Origin: Eledone cirrhosa
Lineage: Eukaryota
Direction of reading: 5' to 3'
NCBI GenBank assembly: GCA_964016885.1
Contig: OZ024740.1
Location: 398,846,001-398,910,000 of the forward strand
Length of the DNA stretch: 64,000 nt
The position numbers and the translations under genes were made by a program. Under the pieces are notes generated by a model, which saw nothing but the letters and a program-made list of their open reading frames with translations, was not told the origin of the DNA and made no database searches. Shown here in pieces: positions 13,101 to 26,339 of the stretch. Position 1 is the stretch's first letter, and every line of letters begins with the position of its first letter.

Positions 13101-16100
13101 AATTTCACATCAAAGAGTTAAAGAATTGTTTAGATTTTTATGTTTGGTTCTTAGGCTCAATTTATTCTTCTGACAATGTATTTCACTAGGGAAAACTGTC
13201 TTTCAAGATAGCTGTAAAACAACTGCAATTTGGGATACAGTATTATACCTATGGTCATAAATATATTTTGGCAGTTATAGACAAGATCATATCACTCAGT
13301 TTATATCTGATTTATATTGGTATTCAATTCAAGGGGTGGTAATTCATCTAATTATAAGCAGAGGTAAGTTAATGCCACTGTATTCCAAAATGCAGCTGCT
13401 TTACACATACTGACCACCAGTCATATTTTTTATCAGTGAAAAGCAAATGGGTTACACATGAAAAATTCAATGTTTTATTTATATCTAGTCCCTGTGGCTA
13501 GATGCTGCAAATTAGAGGTAAGTTCTCAGTTAGCCTTGGTTCCAGTTCCTAGTTGAAATCCTTTTACTTATACCACATATTATATGGGAAATCATTGACA
13601 CCATGATTTGTTTATATTCACTTAGATTCTCTTTCTATAAAGGAATCTTGACAAATTCCTATACAACTTTTGAGAAAATAGTGAATTTTGTTCTGAATTT
13701 TCAGTCGGTTGAAACCACTATGGCCCTTTCTTTAGTAAAGTGCCAACTTGCAGAAGTTCTTATATTAATGAAAATATTAGATGTGATATCCTACATTCAC
13801 TTAGGCATTTCGTGGCCATATTTCAATTAATGCAGAATTTTGAAGGAATAAGTTATTTCATTGCCAAAATAGTAGCTTAACCTGGTTCTTGTATAAAATT
13901 GTCAAGATTTAAATATATATATATATAGATACCTATTAAAAGGGGTGGAATTGTTTCATAGAACCAGAGCTTGTTTTGGTTGGTATCAAAAGGATTGAAA
14001 GATATGGGGGTTAAAGAGGAATGTTATTTTATTGGTTCTTTTCTCAAGGACATCAGTAAAGAAATTCATTTTACATAAATTATCGGATTTTGTATTGGCA
14101 GTTGACTATTTTTTCAGGATTATTTTGCATTATTCTTTTATTAATTTCATACTGGAGCACTGCTTTAAATGGATTTAGTCGATTATATTGATCGTTGTGT
14201 CATTGGGCTGGCTAAGGGAAGGTGGGAAGGAGTCTTCCCATGGTAGGAGTGTAAGCAACTTGTAATGAGGTTGGCCTTGAAGAGAATGAATTGAGCTTGT
14301 CTGGCTTTCCGTGCATGCATGTGTTAGACAAGAAAGGTGTATTGGGGATATGGCAGGAAGTGTCTAGGAGCACACCATGCTCATTGCCATCGTTGTTAAA
14401 CATTTATTTTCCATGGGCCAGACAGGCTGGACAGGTGAACACATCTAGTTCATATGTTCTGTTTTGTCATGGCCAGATGCCTTTCTTAACCCCATCCAAA
14501 CATTTTATCATAGTACAAGATGGGGTATGCTTGGCATATATGTATATAGGCATGTACATACATAACAAGTTTCTGTTTTCTAAATTTCACTGACAAGACA
14601 TTCGTCAACTCAAATCTATAGTAGACACATATGAAGTGCCATGTAATGGGAGTGAACCCTAGACTACACAGCTGTACTTGTGCCTTCATATGATTATTTA
14701 TAAGAACTTATAAAAGACCTAAGTGCCATTGCAGTTTTGGATAGTGGTTGTATACTGTGAGAATGTGTATGTATTCATTAAATGAAAATAAAAAAAAGCA
14801 TGGATGGTTAAGGATATCCCATGAAACAAAATAGATTGAGTGTAATATGATTGAAGTATTAATGCTGAACTTCTTACATTGCAATCTGCTTTTAAATGAA
14901 TTAGTTGATGCTTAACTTAGTGAGTACAAGTTGGTGGTGAAACATTCATTTCAGTTAAGAATTCTGACTTTCAAGAAGGCTTATTTTGGAACTTTGAAAT
15001 TATTGCTTTTAAGAAACAATGCATTAGCTGTGAATAACCTCTGTTGGGTCTTTTAGTTGTAATTTAGAAACTCTAGGCCACCTCCATGACTTGATGCTTC
15101 CTTTCCTATGGTAACACATGCCTCGATAAAATAAAGTACCAGGGGTCAATGTAATGACCATTACCCTCTCCACATTGTTGGTCTTGTGCCTAAATTAGAA
15201 ATCATTAGTAGTAAGCAAAGACTGGACGTATGCTCTTATAGCATATAATGCATGCACACAAATGAGATTTGAAACTGCAATTCTATGTTGAATGGCTGTG
15301 TGCCAAACACAAGTTTTATAATTTATTCTTTTACTGGTTTCAGTCATTGAACTGTAGCCATACTGAAGGTACCATATTTAAGTGTTTTTGATTGATCATA
15401 TTGGTCTCTATTTTGTTGAACTGCTAAGGGACACAACATAAGTATTGAAAGATCCAACACTCACCCACCATGATGGACTTCCACAGTTCTTGTCTAGCAA
15501 AATCCACTTGTGACATTTTAGTCAACTCAAGTCTATAGTAAAGGATACTTGTTCAAGATGCTATTCAGTTAGATTGAACTTGGAACCACATGGTTCTGAA
15601 ATTCTTAACCTGGCAGTTATTTTTGCACTTATTAGAAATGTGTGCAACTGTAGTTGAACTTCAAATACATTTTTTATAAACTGGTTTAATTTTTCAAATA
15701 TCTATTACTGAATGTTGGCGGGCCATTTTAATTCTTAAATTTTATTAAAATTAAGGATTGAAAATACTTGCCAAGAATAGTGAATGTAATTATTTTCAAT
15801 ACTGCTGAATTTTGGGAATATAAGCAAGATTTGGGCTTCAAATCCATCTAGGATTTGGTAGAGTGCGGGAATGTTTATAGGCTTATGCCCATCTGAGAGG
15901 TCAGTAGCTTTGCATAAGTACTGACTCTGTGACAACCTGTCCAACCCTTGCTAGCAAAGAAAACGGTTGTTAAATGATGATAAATTACCTTTGAAAAGGT
16001 AATCATATTGAAATGATCTGACTTAGATGTACAAATTATTTTCGATAATGTCAGAAAAGTGGTCTCTGTAACAACTTGCTTAGAGAGACAATTCAAAATT

Positions 16101-17250
16101 GATTTCCCTAACTGAAATATGTTTAGTTGGTAAAGAATTTTATTTTATTTTTTCATATTTTGAGTTCAATTTTAATATGCCAGAGTTGTTTTATAATCTT
16201 TCGAAAACGCATTTACAAAATGGGTTTCCCTATCTTGCAATGACAAAAACTATTACTTTATTACTGACCAAATCATTATTGATTATTAAAACATTAGCGG
16301 TATTTGTTCTGGAATTCCATACTCTTAGTTGAAGTCCTGCTAAGATCAGTATTGCATTTCATTTCCCCACTGTCAATAAAATGAACTAATAATCCAGAGC
16401 AGTGGATTGGCAGAATTAATAGTGGTAGATGAAATGTCTTGTGACATTTCTTATGAATTCAAATCCAATTTTGACTGCTTTGGGTGGTAGACTTAATCCG
16501 CCACCTGGTTTAACATCAGCACATGACCTTTAGCAGAGTCCACTCATTTGCAAATATTTGTGCCAGGTCTTAGGTTTGAAGATACCTTACTTTATTTCCT
16601 GCTCTGAAAAAGCATCATGGTGATTGCTCTTCCCTCATTGAATGTGTTTGAGCAAATTGCTTCACTCTCCAGTTTGCACTTAACTAGCTATTGTTGTTGG
16701 TTGCAGCAGCACTGAGTTTAGAATGATGTAGTAGTAGTTCTTTGATACGTTGTTAAAGCATTTAGGAGACTGGCAGAGGTTGGATGTTTTGTTTTAAGTA
16801 TTAGAATATCAGTTGATTACTTGCTGGGTCAGAGTTCATTCATCCAGATTGTGACACAAGCATGATTTGGATGACCTGTTTGGCAGTAAAATGTAGGAAA
16901 ATTTTCTGTTACGAAAATATTTTCAATCTTTGTAATTTGATACTTGATCTATGACTATTTAAGATAGTGGCTTACTGACATAACCATTGTAATATGTGGG
17001 GGTGTCCATTTCTGTTATGTCATAAATGTTGAAGGGCAGCTCTGTCTCATCCTGGTGTGGAGAAACATGAGACGGGTTCAGCAACAGATTTCGTTTTGTT
17101 ACTAGAGCTTTTGATATCATCAATATGGTAGAAAGGGATATGTCCTCAAACCACTGGAGCAATGTGAAATAAAGTATTTTGCTCAAAGACATGTGCGCAG
17201 GTTTTAAAATTATGACCATACGTTTGCAAACCGAGCAACCTAACCATTAA

Positions 17251-17440
17251 CACTTTAACATTTAAACTGGCCAGACTTCTCTCACTTCTTTCTGTGCAAA
17301 CTGGCTGTAACTAGCCACTTATACTGATAAGTTATTGTTCTCAAAATAAATATCAATCTCATAGATTCAATATAATGTGAGGTAAAGCCTTTACCGTGAA
17401 AATATAATAGTAAATATAGAGTAATGTAAATGCTAAAGGG
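17251..17440. mobile_element. piggyBac-like MITE, family P1
   Basis: TTAA on both sides (17247-17250, 17441-17444). Termini CACTTTAACATTT / AAATGCTAAAGGG. Homologous to 22742-22963 and 54935-55145. Confidence 0.8.
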
Positions 17441-17765
17441 TTAAGCCATAATATTCAGGTGTCCAGCAAAACTGATATCCTACTCATAAAATTGGTGTAA
17501 GCAACTTTGTATTTCACAAATATGCGTACTTTATAATGCAATACTCAAGCCGAATAATAGAATGTGACAAAGATGGACTATTGAAATATATTTAGAATCC
17601 AAAAAGAAAAAGACGAACCAACTTCAATACTGGAATGGTACATTGTTCCCAAAAGATTAAAGACAAAGTGGCCATGACAGAATTTGAGCTCAGAGTGCAA
17701 AAATCTAGATTTAAGCTACAAGACATTCTATCTGATACTCTAAATATTCTGTCAATTAACTATCT

Positions 17766-18428
17766 TAACCCTTTTGGTACTGAACCAAATAAAACCACCT
17801 CATGTTCTGTGATTCAGAACTGTTTGTGTTAAAATGTTTATCTAAAATCCTTCCATCATAAATTTATTTAGCACCAGCTTAACCTTTTGATTATCATATT
17901 TTTAATGAAAAACACTACATATGATTTTCAAATAATTTTAAAAATAAGAACTATCATTATTAACTCTTTTATTGCTGTATATTTAATGAAATACACTATT
18001 TAATTAATTAATGGAGAATTTGGAGATTTACTAAAATTAATAATTATTTTATTAAGATGGTATTTGTGACATAACAACTAGTTTCTATTTCAAATTAGGT
18101 TGAAAGGTTTTAATTTAAGTAGGAGCCCTTTAAAATTGCTTAGTTTCCTAGAAACAGGTAAGCTGGTTTCAAAAGGCTTGTGGATTGGCAGTATCGGTAG
18201 AAGGTCGGACGCCATGCTTTCCAGCATAGTTACGTCCCTTTACGATCTGAGTTCAAATCCCGCCGAGGTTGACTTTGCCTTTCATCCTTACGGGGTCGAT
18301 AAAATAAAGTACCAGTAATGCACTGGGTAATTGCTGGCCTTGTGCCTAAAGTAGAAACAATTATTACAAACACATCAAAACACAGCTTTGTGATGTACAA
18401 TCGGGGACAGCTTGGTATCAAGAGTTAA
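17766..18428. mobile_element. TTAA-flanked MITE cluster, family P2, with a nested SINE
   Basis: TTAACCCTTTTGGTAC...TGGTATCAAGAGTTAA with internal repeats of the left-end motif near 17880 and 17960. Related pieces at ~13900-14015, 23870-24120, 26891-27080 and 48116-48335. Confidence 0.5.
18180..18365 (+). mobile_element. tRNA-derived SINE, family S1, full length
   Basis: A box TGGCAGTATCGG, B box GAGTTCAAATCC, core CTTTGCCTTTCATCCTTACGGGGTCGATAAAATAAAGTACCAG, tail AGAAACAATTATT. At least 12 copies in the window. Confidence 0.9.
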
Positions 18429-19823
18429 TAATGAAAAATGTCATTTTACTTAATCTCTCCAAATTCTTGATTATTTTCAAAATCATTTGAAAACTGTTTC
18501 ATGAGAAAGAGTTATAACGTTAGAAGCCTACAGCTGTTAAGAAGACTCTTTGTGTTTGATTTAGACAAGTATTAAGATAAGCTAATTATTCTAGTTTTTC
18601 ATTACTAACTTGAGATTGTTGGAAATATATTTTGATTTCCAACTGCTTTATTATCCACCCTTGCTGCACTGTACTCGTGATGTGTTTACTTTTTTGTAAT
18701 ATTCAATTTAAAAAAGTATGCTTCTTTGGTAATGTTTTAAAGTTTTAGCATTTTATGTTGACTGCCTCTAATTTTCTGCTCCACTTTTGACATTTCAAAT
18801 GATTGCTAATTACCAGTTAGTTAGATTTAATGTACTGTATACATTTAGTTTTAAATTATATAGTAGATCCATTTTTGTCACAGATTTGATTACCTTTTCA
18901 ATTCATGTCAACCCTGGGGGAAGGAAATAGGGAGGAGTTCATGTAAAATATGTAGAACACTCCAATATTATTTGATGTTTGGATTTTAAGTGCTTGATGT
19001 ATGGAATAGCAACTGATACTTTGTTCTGATAGTCCTTACAAGTATCTAATTTGTGACTGCATATATTAATCAAAAAGAAAATATAGGACCAGTGCCATAT
19101 TTGAAATAATTTTTTAACGTGTCTTAATAGTTTGAATTGAAGATATTCATGCTTAACTATGAAATCAAATGTTTAGGTTGTATTTCATATTGACACAACT
19201 TTTTAGATTTATATGGTGTTATTCGATGAAATTAAAATGTTTTTTAAGATTAACCATATCCCAAAAATGGATAAATTCCTTGTTGCTAAAGTGATCCAGA
19301 TATTTTGTTTACATATTGTACTTGGAGATAGTTAAGAATGAAACTTAGTTTTAGTTGTTTTAGCTTATATCTCAGCTAATCAGTTTTTACATTATTCTGG
19401 ATTTAAAAGAATCACTTTCTAATGGTTTCCTATAGGGCACACATAACAATAACTTAATTGTAGACTATTAGTAACTATTATTTCAATCAAATCTCTTAAC
19501 CTATAAATTTTTATTTCCTGGCATCTTTTTCTACAAATCAATTATGTCATCAAGTGAATTTTGCCAAATAGAATATTCTCCAACTTTCTATTCAAGATGG
19601 TTAGTAAATTGGGCATGTACCTATTTTTAATCTCCAATTTATTAAAGTTAATATATTGTCTTACTAATTAATATGATTAAAGATTATACACATTGTCGTT
19701 AAAATTATGGTAATCTTACATATATAAATATTTTTGAAATAAACTATTTCTACTTGGGTAATGTTTGGATTTTATGTTTGTATGTTTTTTTTATTTTGCA
19801 GGTGACTGCACCAGATTTTAACT

Positions 19824-20799
19824 ATGAATCGAGGTGGAGTCAGTCAGTGGTCAGGTGGCAAAGAAATGTCTGGCTTTGATTACAATTCAAATTATGGCAA
19901 TCACTGGAATACTGGAGCAACAGCCTGGGATGGTATGGGAAGCAGTAATCTTATCAACAGTAGCAGTAACAGCAACAACTTTTCTACTAGCTATGCTGCC
20001 GGATTATCTAGCAATGTTAGTGGTTACAAACGTCAGTGGCAGTCAGCAAGTCCAGGAGAAGAGAAAAAAAGTAACAAAATGATGAAATTGAACCAGTCAT
20101 ATGGTAGTAGTCAAGCAGATCAATACGGTAGTGTCGATGCAATGTATTCCAATCAATCTGGTCAGTACAATGCAAACTGGAATGACTCAAAGAGGAAAAG
20201 TGCTACATCAAATTGGGGGTCAGTGGCACAATACAATAACAGTAATAGCAACAGCCATTGGCAGGGAAAATCTCCGCAAAAAGGTATGAAAAATTTTGGA
20301 TATCAGGCAGGATATCAGGGTAACGACTATTGCTGGGATTACTCTGCTGAACAATATGTTGATGAGTCAGAATTTGGTGAATTTGGTGCTGGTTATTTTG
20401 ATAACCAAGTGGCATTTGATGATTATTACGTTGCCGATCAAGCTTATCAGTATGATCAAAAACAGCGTGGCGGTAAATTTGGGGGTCGAGGACAACGCGG
20501 TTCTACCTCTAATCGCGGTGGACGTATTGGAAACCAGCCAGTCTGGGGTCAATGGCCTGGTGAGGATACTACTACTTTGACATTTGGGACCGCTGCATCA
20601 AGTCCTTATGGTAGAGGCCGACGTGGTGCTGGAAGAGGTGGTGGTGGTGTTGGATCTGAAATAAACCGCATCCGAGATGCTATTCGAACTGTTCAAGGTT
20701 ACAGTGACATTGATCTAAGCTTCTTACTTGATGCATCCGATTCTTTTCGACAAGGGAATCAGTATAAAGGAAAATCTGGCAGAGGAACTGGCATGGATG
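19824..20799 (+). CDS. NKRF: NKRF-like protein, coding exon 1 (low-complexity G/S/N/Q/Y and RGG/RG-rich N-terminus)
   Basis: Acceptor ttattttgcag| at 19801, in-frame TGA at 19803-19805 upstream of ATG 19824, and G|gtaagt donor at 20800 (phase 1) matching the next exon. The symbol denotes the family; this is probably a divergent paralogue. Confidence 0.88.
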
Positions 20800-21006
20800 G
20801 TAAGTTGATATATTAAATTATATTTAAATGAAAACATTACAGTACAAATCTTATATTCAATTAACCATTCTTGTAAAATTTTCAAAATTTATATAATAAA
20901 TTCATTCATGCGTGCATGCATGCATGTGTGTGTGTGTGTGTGTGTCTGAGAGATTGATACTTTCACTTTATTGTTTTAATAATTTTATTTTTAAAAATCT
21001 TTTTAG

Positions 21007-22612
21007 CAAAAAGAGGTGCTGCTTCACGGGGAAAACTACAGCGTGGTGGTTTGACAAATTTTGGAGATCGAGGTTCATTGAAAGCTGGTCTACGAAACCT
21101 CCAGGCTGCTGCAAAAGGACTAACTCAAGGAGCCAAAGGAAAAATTGTTAAATCTGTCTCCGTGGTAGGAGTTAATTTACCTGCCGATACTTCAAAAATG
21201 ACTATATCAGAAAAAATAAAATATTTTACTCTTTGGCTCAAGCGTGATTACCCTAAATGCAATGCTATTCAAACTATTGAAAATGCTTTGACTAGCTGCA
21301 AACTGAAATTAGATCATTCTTATGATGTTGAAGAATTAGTGCGCATTGGTGGCCGATCAATGTACACTGCCAAACTAACAGTAGAGGGTAAATTCATGGC
21401 TAGAGCTGTAGCTGCTAGTAAAAAGGAGTTGAAACATGAAGTTTATAAAAAAGCAGTTGAGGTTCTGATGAAGCAATCTGTTGCATCCATTGTGAAACAG
21501 AAAGATCCAGGTCCAGAAAAGATGAGAGCAGAACTTACTAATTCTCTTGCCAAGAATAAAACTGAACCATCATGGGAAAAAGTGGTAGATATTTGTAAGG
21601 AAAAAGGTATGAGTTCTCCTGCCGAAAAAACATTTCATGGCAATGAGAAACAAGTGGGTTTTCAACAATTAATTGCACAGCTCAAAGCTAGTACTCCTCA
21701 ACCTGACAATGAAATCTCTGCCTTTATCCAAGCCTTCTCTGCTTCACATTGTACTTTGGAACATACTTACACTCCATCAGATTCCAGATTACCTAATGGG
21801 AAGGCTGTATTTTACGGCAATGTGAACATTGGAAATGTGGTGGTTGGACGAGGTATGGGTTGCAAGAAGAAGGATGCGAAACATGAAGCCTATAAACAAG
21901 CCATTGACTTCATCAGGAATAATACCCTTGAAGTTGTATTGAAGGGTAATAAAAAGCAGCCAGTTGAACATTCTGGTTTTAATATATCTAATACAGAGGT
22001 GAAATCTCCACGAACAACTGGAGAAACAGCTACCTTCACTGATTTGCCATCCAAGCTAGAAGCATTAATCAAATTAATTAAAGAGTCTGCATATCGATCC
22101 AATACAGTAAATGCTGTTGATACAATGGCTGTCCAGTGTTGTTTGTCACCAACCTGTCTTTATCGCAAAGTTGAAGGTGACATGCAGAAACGAACCTTAG
22201 CATGTGAACTTTATTTGGACAATCTTCTAATAGCAAAAGGTGAAGGTGACACCAGAAAGGATGCCCAAATTGGTGCCTATACAAAAGCATGGGAAGTTCT
22301 TAGCACCAGCACACCCAACTACCTGATCAGTGAGCATCATAATCTTACCATGAAAGATAAACTTGATCCAATGGTAATAGATATAGTTGTGAAAGGATTT
22401 GGAAAATATGGTGAATCTAATTTGCCAAGACTTCGCAGACTCAGAATTCAAACTCCAGAAAATTCTAAAACTATTGAGGATTTAGTGATTATGGAACATG
22501 AAGACTGGAAATATGATCGGCAGCGGCATGCTTTCTGTATTCTCAACAACAGTTCTACAATGTGTGGCATGTTGATGGAATGGGAAATTGAACCTCAAGG
22601 AGATGTTTTCAA
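21007..22612 (+). CDS. NKRF: NKRF-like protein, coding exon 2 (three dsRBD-like domains and the start of a fourth)
   Basis: ttttag| acceptor, open frame AKRGAASRG...QGDVF, donor AA|gtaggt (phase 2). dsRBD-type C-terminal helices SKKELKHEVYKKAVEVL, GCKKKDAKHEAYKQAIDFI and GDTRKDAQIGAYTKAWEVL. DLVIME...CILNNS resembles NKRF. Confidence 0.92.
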
Positions 22613-22741
22613 GTAGGTGGTTTTCTATGTTTTACATGTAAAAATATTAGTCTGAAAGTTAAAGCTACTATTTGTCAGATATTTATAATCATAAAAGTGT
22701 TAGCTGAATAACTGTACAGTTGATTTGCTGAGCAAGTTTAA

Positions 22742-22963
22742 CCCTTTAGCATTCAAATCGGTCGTATCCAGCCAGAATTTTTCTCACCTCTTTCTCTTTA
22801 AACCAGCTGTAACTAGCTGCTCATACTGATGTTAAAGTATTGTTCTCTAAATAAATGATATCAAAATCTCATAGCGTTGATATTATGTGAGATAATTATG
22901 TGAAATAAAGTGTTTACCGTGAAAATACAATAGTAAATATAGAATAATGTAAATACTAAAGAG
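22742..22963. mobile_element. piggyBac-like MITE, family P1
   Basis: TTAA|CCCTTTAGCATT ... AATACTAAAGAG|TTAA; homologous to the two other copies. Confidence 0.85.
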
Positions 22964-23384
22964 TTAAAACAGACTATGAACACTTCATAGTATGCTTAGA
23001 ATAAAGTGAATCACTTGCTTTTTGTTTCAGCATTGAATAATTAGCATTAATTTTTGAAAATAATTGGAATTTGTAAAGGCATCTAACAATGCTAGCTTGT
23101 GCAATGTGTTAGCCTAGTGTTATTTTAATGTATCTGATTAGCCGCATCTCTGTTTCAGTTCTCAAATAGAAGTATTTCCCTTATGTCTTTGGGAAGAGAA
23201 CAAATATCCCAATTTCTTTTTCTTTTATGTCTCTGAGGTCAGTCATATGTCAGAAACAAAGGTTCCAGCATCTTAAAAGACAATGAATTAGTAAGATTCT
23301 AGTAAGAATATACTATTAAAAAAAAATCTATCTGAACTAATTCCCCAAACAACATATGCATAAGTTTTATAGTATATTTACATC

Positions 23385-23592
23385 TATTGTAAAGTGGTTG
23401 TGTGTAATGACAAAAAGCATCCAGTACACGCTGTAAATGTGGTTGGTGTTTGGAAGGACATCCAGCTGTAGAAACCAAGCCAAAATCAGTTCTGTATGAG
23501 CAAGACATCATTTGAGCTGGCTTGTTCCACAACAGGTCAACACGTTTAACCATGCTAGCATGGCAAAATGGACGTTAAACGATGATGATGAA
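23385..23592 (+). mobile_element. RTE 3' end / RTE-tailed SINE fragment, family S2
   Basis: CTGTAAATGTGGTTGG...CATCCAGCTGTAGAAACC...CATGCTAGCATGG..GGACGTTAAACGATGATGATGA. Related copies at ~24325-24610(-), 27260-27360(-), 28020-28455, 32215-32265, 44100-44200(-), 49060-49281 and 59050-59262. Confidence 0.75.
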
Positions 23593-24711
23593 TCTTGAAA
23601 AAAGCAAGTATTGTTTCTGTATAAGTCATATCAAACATTTGTACAAGTCATACTAAACTAATGATGAATGTATCTTAGTCAGTGTCATAATATTTATCAG
23701 TTAAATATCAGTTTTATTCTACTTATGTAGCTGTTTGCAACATACTATATAATCTTCTACTTTAGTGATTGGGGCATACTAATTTTTAAGGTTATGCATC
23801 ATTGCTCAAACCTTCAATTGATTGATTCAATCTCATTGTAATTAGCATAATATGGTTTCTCATTTCTTACAACCTTTTTGATACCAACCACCTAAATCCA
23901 CCCCTGGTGCTACAGTATAAACTTTATTTTAAAGTGTTTCTTTTTATCTAAAAACCTCCAATCATAATTCTGTATTAGAAGCTTTAAGTTATGCTCCAAA
24001 CACCAGCTTAATATTAAGAAATTTATATTATTAATTTCTTCCAAATTTCCTGTTATTTTCAAAATTATTTGAAAATCATAGACAATGTCATTAATTAGAA
24101 AAATGGTAACAAAAGTGTTTATAGTAGTTTCTTGTGTCAGTTTTATTTTTCTGTGCTAGCAAAAGTAGAAATTTGAACTTTGTGTAGTTAGTAAGATTGC
24201 TTTATAACTTCTAATCATTAATATAAGAAATGGAAAAAGAACCTGTATTCAGTCAAGCAAACTGTCAATCACAATCTTAACAGATGCAACAGGATTTGAA
24301 TATTTGATCATATGGCCTTGTATTATAATCATTATCATCATCACTATTTTCCTTGCTTGCATGGGTTAGATGGATTTTCATGTGCTGCGGCCAGACTAGT
24401 TAAATGACCATGTCCTGCTTGTATGCTCCGCTTTGGCTTAGTTTCTATGGCTAGATGCCCATCCTAATGTCAATCATTTTACAGTGTGTGCTCGGAGCAT
24501 GGTTTCTCCGGCTGGATGCCCTTCTTAATGCCAACCACTTTACAGTGTATACTGGGAGCATTTTATTGTCTCCAGCACTTCTACCTTACAGGGTGGACTG
24601 GTTGCTTTTCATTGTTGCACCAACGCTATCAATTATTAATTATATATTTTGAATGTTAAAACATTTTTCTCAGACTTACATTTAATTTAATTTAATTTTG
24701 TTTTCAAACAG

Positions 24712-24835
24712 ATGTAAGATGTATATCCAGAAGAAACTAATAGCTGAGGCCTCAGCATCTTCAAAGAACAATGCTCGTAACACTGCTGCTGCAATTGCTT
24801 TGATGAAACTCTATCAGACTCAAGATGTTATCAGA
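24712..24835 (+). CDS. NKRF: NKRF-like protein, coding exon 3 (rest of the fourth dsRBD-like domain)
   Basis: ttttcaaacag| acceptor; reads (K)CKMYIQKKLIAEASASSKNNARNTAAAIALMKLYQTQDVIR; AGA|gtaag donor; phases 2/0 fit the neighbouring exons. Confidence 0.92.
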
Positions 24836-24919
24836 GTAAGAATGTCTTTCGTTTTTTCACCATATATGTATACTTGTTGATTTTATATATATGTAGTATT
24901 GTTGCATAATTTTATCTAT

Positions 24920-25640
24920 GATGTAGTGGGATAACGAGTAGACTAACAAGAAGGGAGAACTTTGCTTGTAGAAGATGCAGAGGAAAAATCGAGAGGAAGA
25001 CTACTGATGATATAAACCTTTTCCAGTCACAGGAAGGATACATAGACGTGGTTGATAGCTTCTGCTATCTAGGTGAACTATTTAGCAGTGGAGGAGGGTG
25101 CGCCAAGAGTATAATAGCTAGAATAAGGATAGGATGGAAGAAGTTTAGAGAACTACTTCCACTGCTGACAACAACAGTTTCTCCTTATGCACAAAAGGAA
25201 GGCTGTATGATGCCTATGTGCAGTGCGCGATGCTGCATGGTAGTGAAATATGGGTTGTGACAGCAGAGGACATGTGTAGATTGGAGAAAAATGAAGCAAT
25301 CATGTTTCATTGAATGTGCAATGTAAATGTGAGAGAAAGGCAGAGCTTGGACAAGCTGAGTTTAAAGGGAATCTGAGATGGTGTGTAGGAGAGAAGACTG
25401 CATTGGTATGGACATGGACAATGACTGATGGGTGAAGAAATGTCAGGAAATCCCAGTGGAAAGAAACCGCGATAGAGGACAACCAACAAAGACCTGGACA
25501 AAGGTTGTGACAGCTAACCTCAAATCACCAAAACTGGCAGAGGAGATGACAAAGGAACACAAGTGGAGAGATGCCGTGTTGAGGACCCATCCAACGCATG
25601 TAAGCATGGAAAGCGGACGTAAAAACGATGATGATGATGA
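24920..25640 (+). mobile_element. 5'-truncated RTE LINE with (GAT)n tail
   Basis: VDSFCYLG...IARIRIGWKKFRELLPLL and the degenerate RRLxWYGH..RGxPxKTW motifs of the RTE C-terminus, followed by a GATGATGA tail. Confidence 0.85.
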
Positions 25641-25641
25641 A

Positions 25642-26339
25642 ATGTAGTAAATGAATTGAGAGAAACTGGGCATAAGAGGGATCATATGCAGTGTGCAAGA
25701 GAGGGGATTGCGTTGGTATGGCCATGAGATACGTTTGAAGGATGACATCTGTATAAAAATGTGCCGGGTGCTCAAAGTTGATGGAAGCTATGGAGTAGGA
25801 AGACCTGGGATAAGGTGATAAAAGCTGACCTTGCACATTTGCACTTCTCAAAAGCAATGACACAGGATTGAGATCTTTGGAAGTTATGTAGTAATACAGA
25901 AGACCCACCTCATGCGCACAGGTTGAAACAGACATCTAGTATGCATCACTTAACCCCTATTTTCACTCGCCCTTCCATACACCTCCCATGCTCTAACACT
26001 CTGCCCACATCTTAATCACCTCACCATTCTCCCTTTACATGCTAGTCCACATTGTAAAGTGGCCGTTTTGGTGCCAAGATAAAAAGAGCCTGGTTGACAC
26101 TAAAGTGGTTGTTATGCTGCAATGATAAATGGATCCAGTCCATACTGTAAAGTGGTGTGTGGGTGTCACAACAAAAGCATCCAGTACACTGTAAATGTGG
26201 TTGGCATTAGTAGGAAGGGTATCCAACCATAGAAACCAAGCCAGAAGCAGTTCTGTATGAGTAAGACAGTCACCTGACCTGAAATGGGACAACCTGTCTA
26301 ACCCATTTAAGTGTAGAAAATAGATGTTACATGATGATG
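25642..26339 (+). mobile_element. Second 5'-truncated RTE LINE with a long 3' UTR
   Basis: VNELREKLGIRGI..LRWYGH..KTWD, then an ACC-rich UTR with CTGTAAAGTGG repeats and a (GAT)n tail. Same layout as 60922-62010. Confidence 0.8.

Noticed and set aside
19834-22451. Alternate-frame and antisense ORFs over the NKRF-like exons
   Set aside because: Short shadows of the real coding frame with no recognisable motifs.
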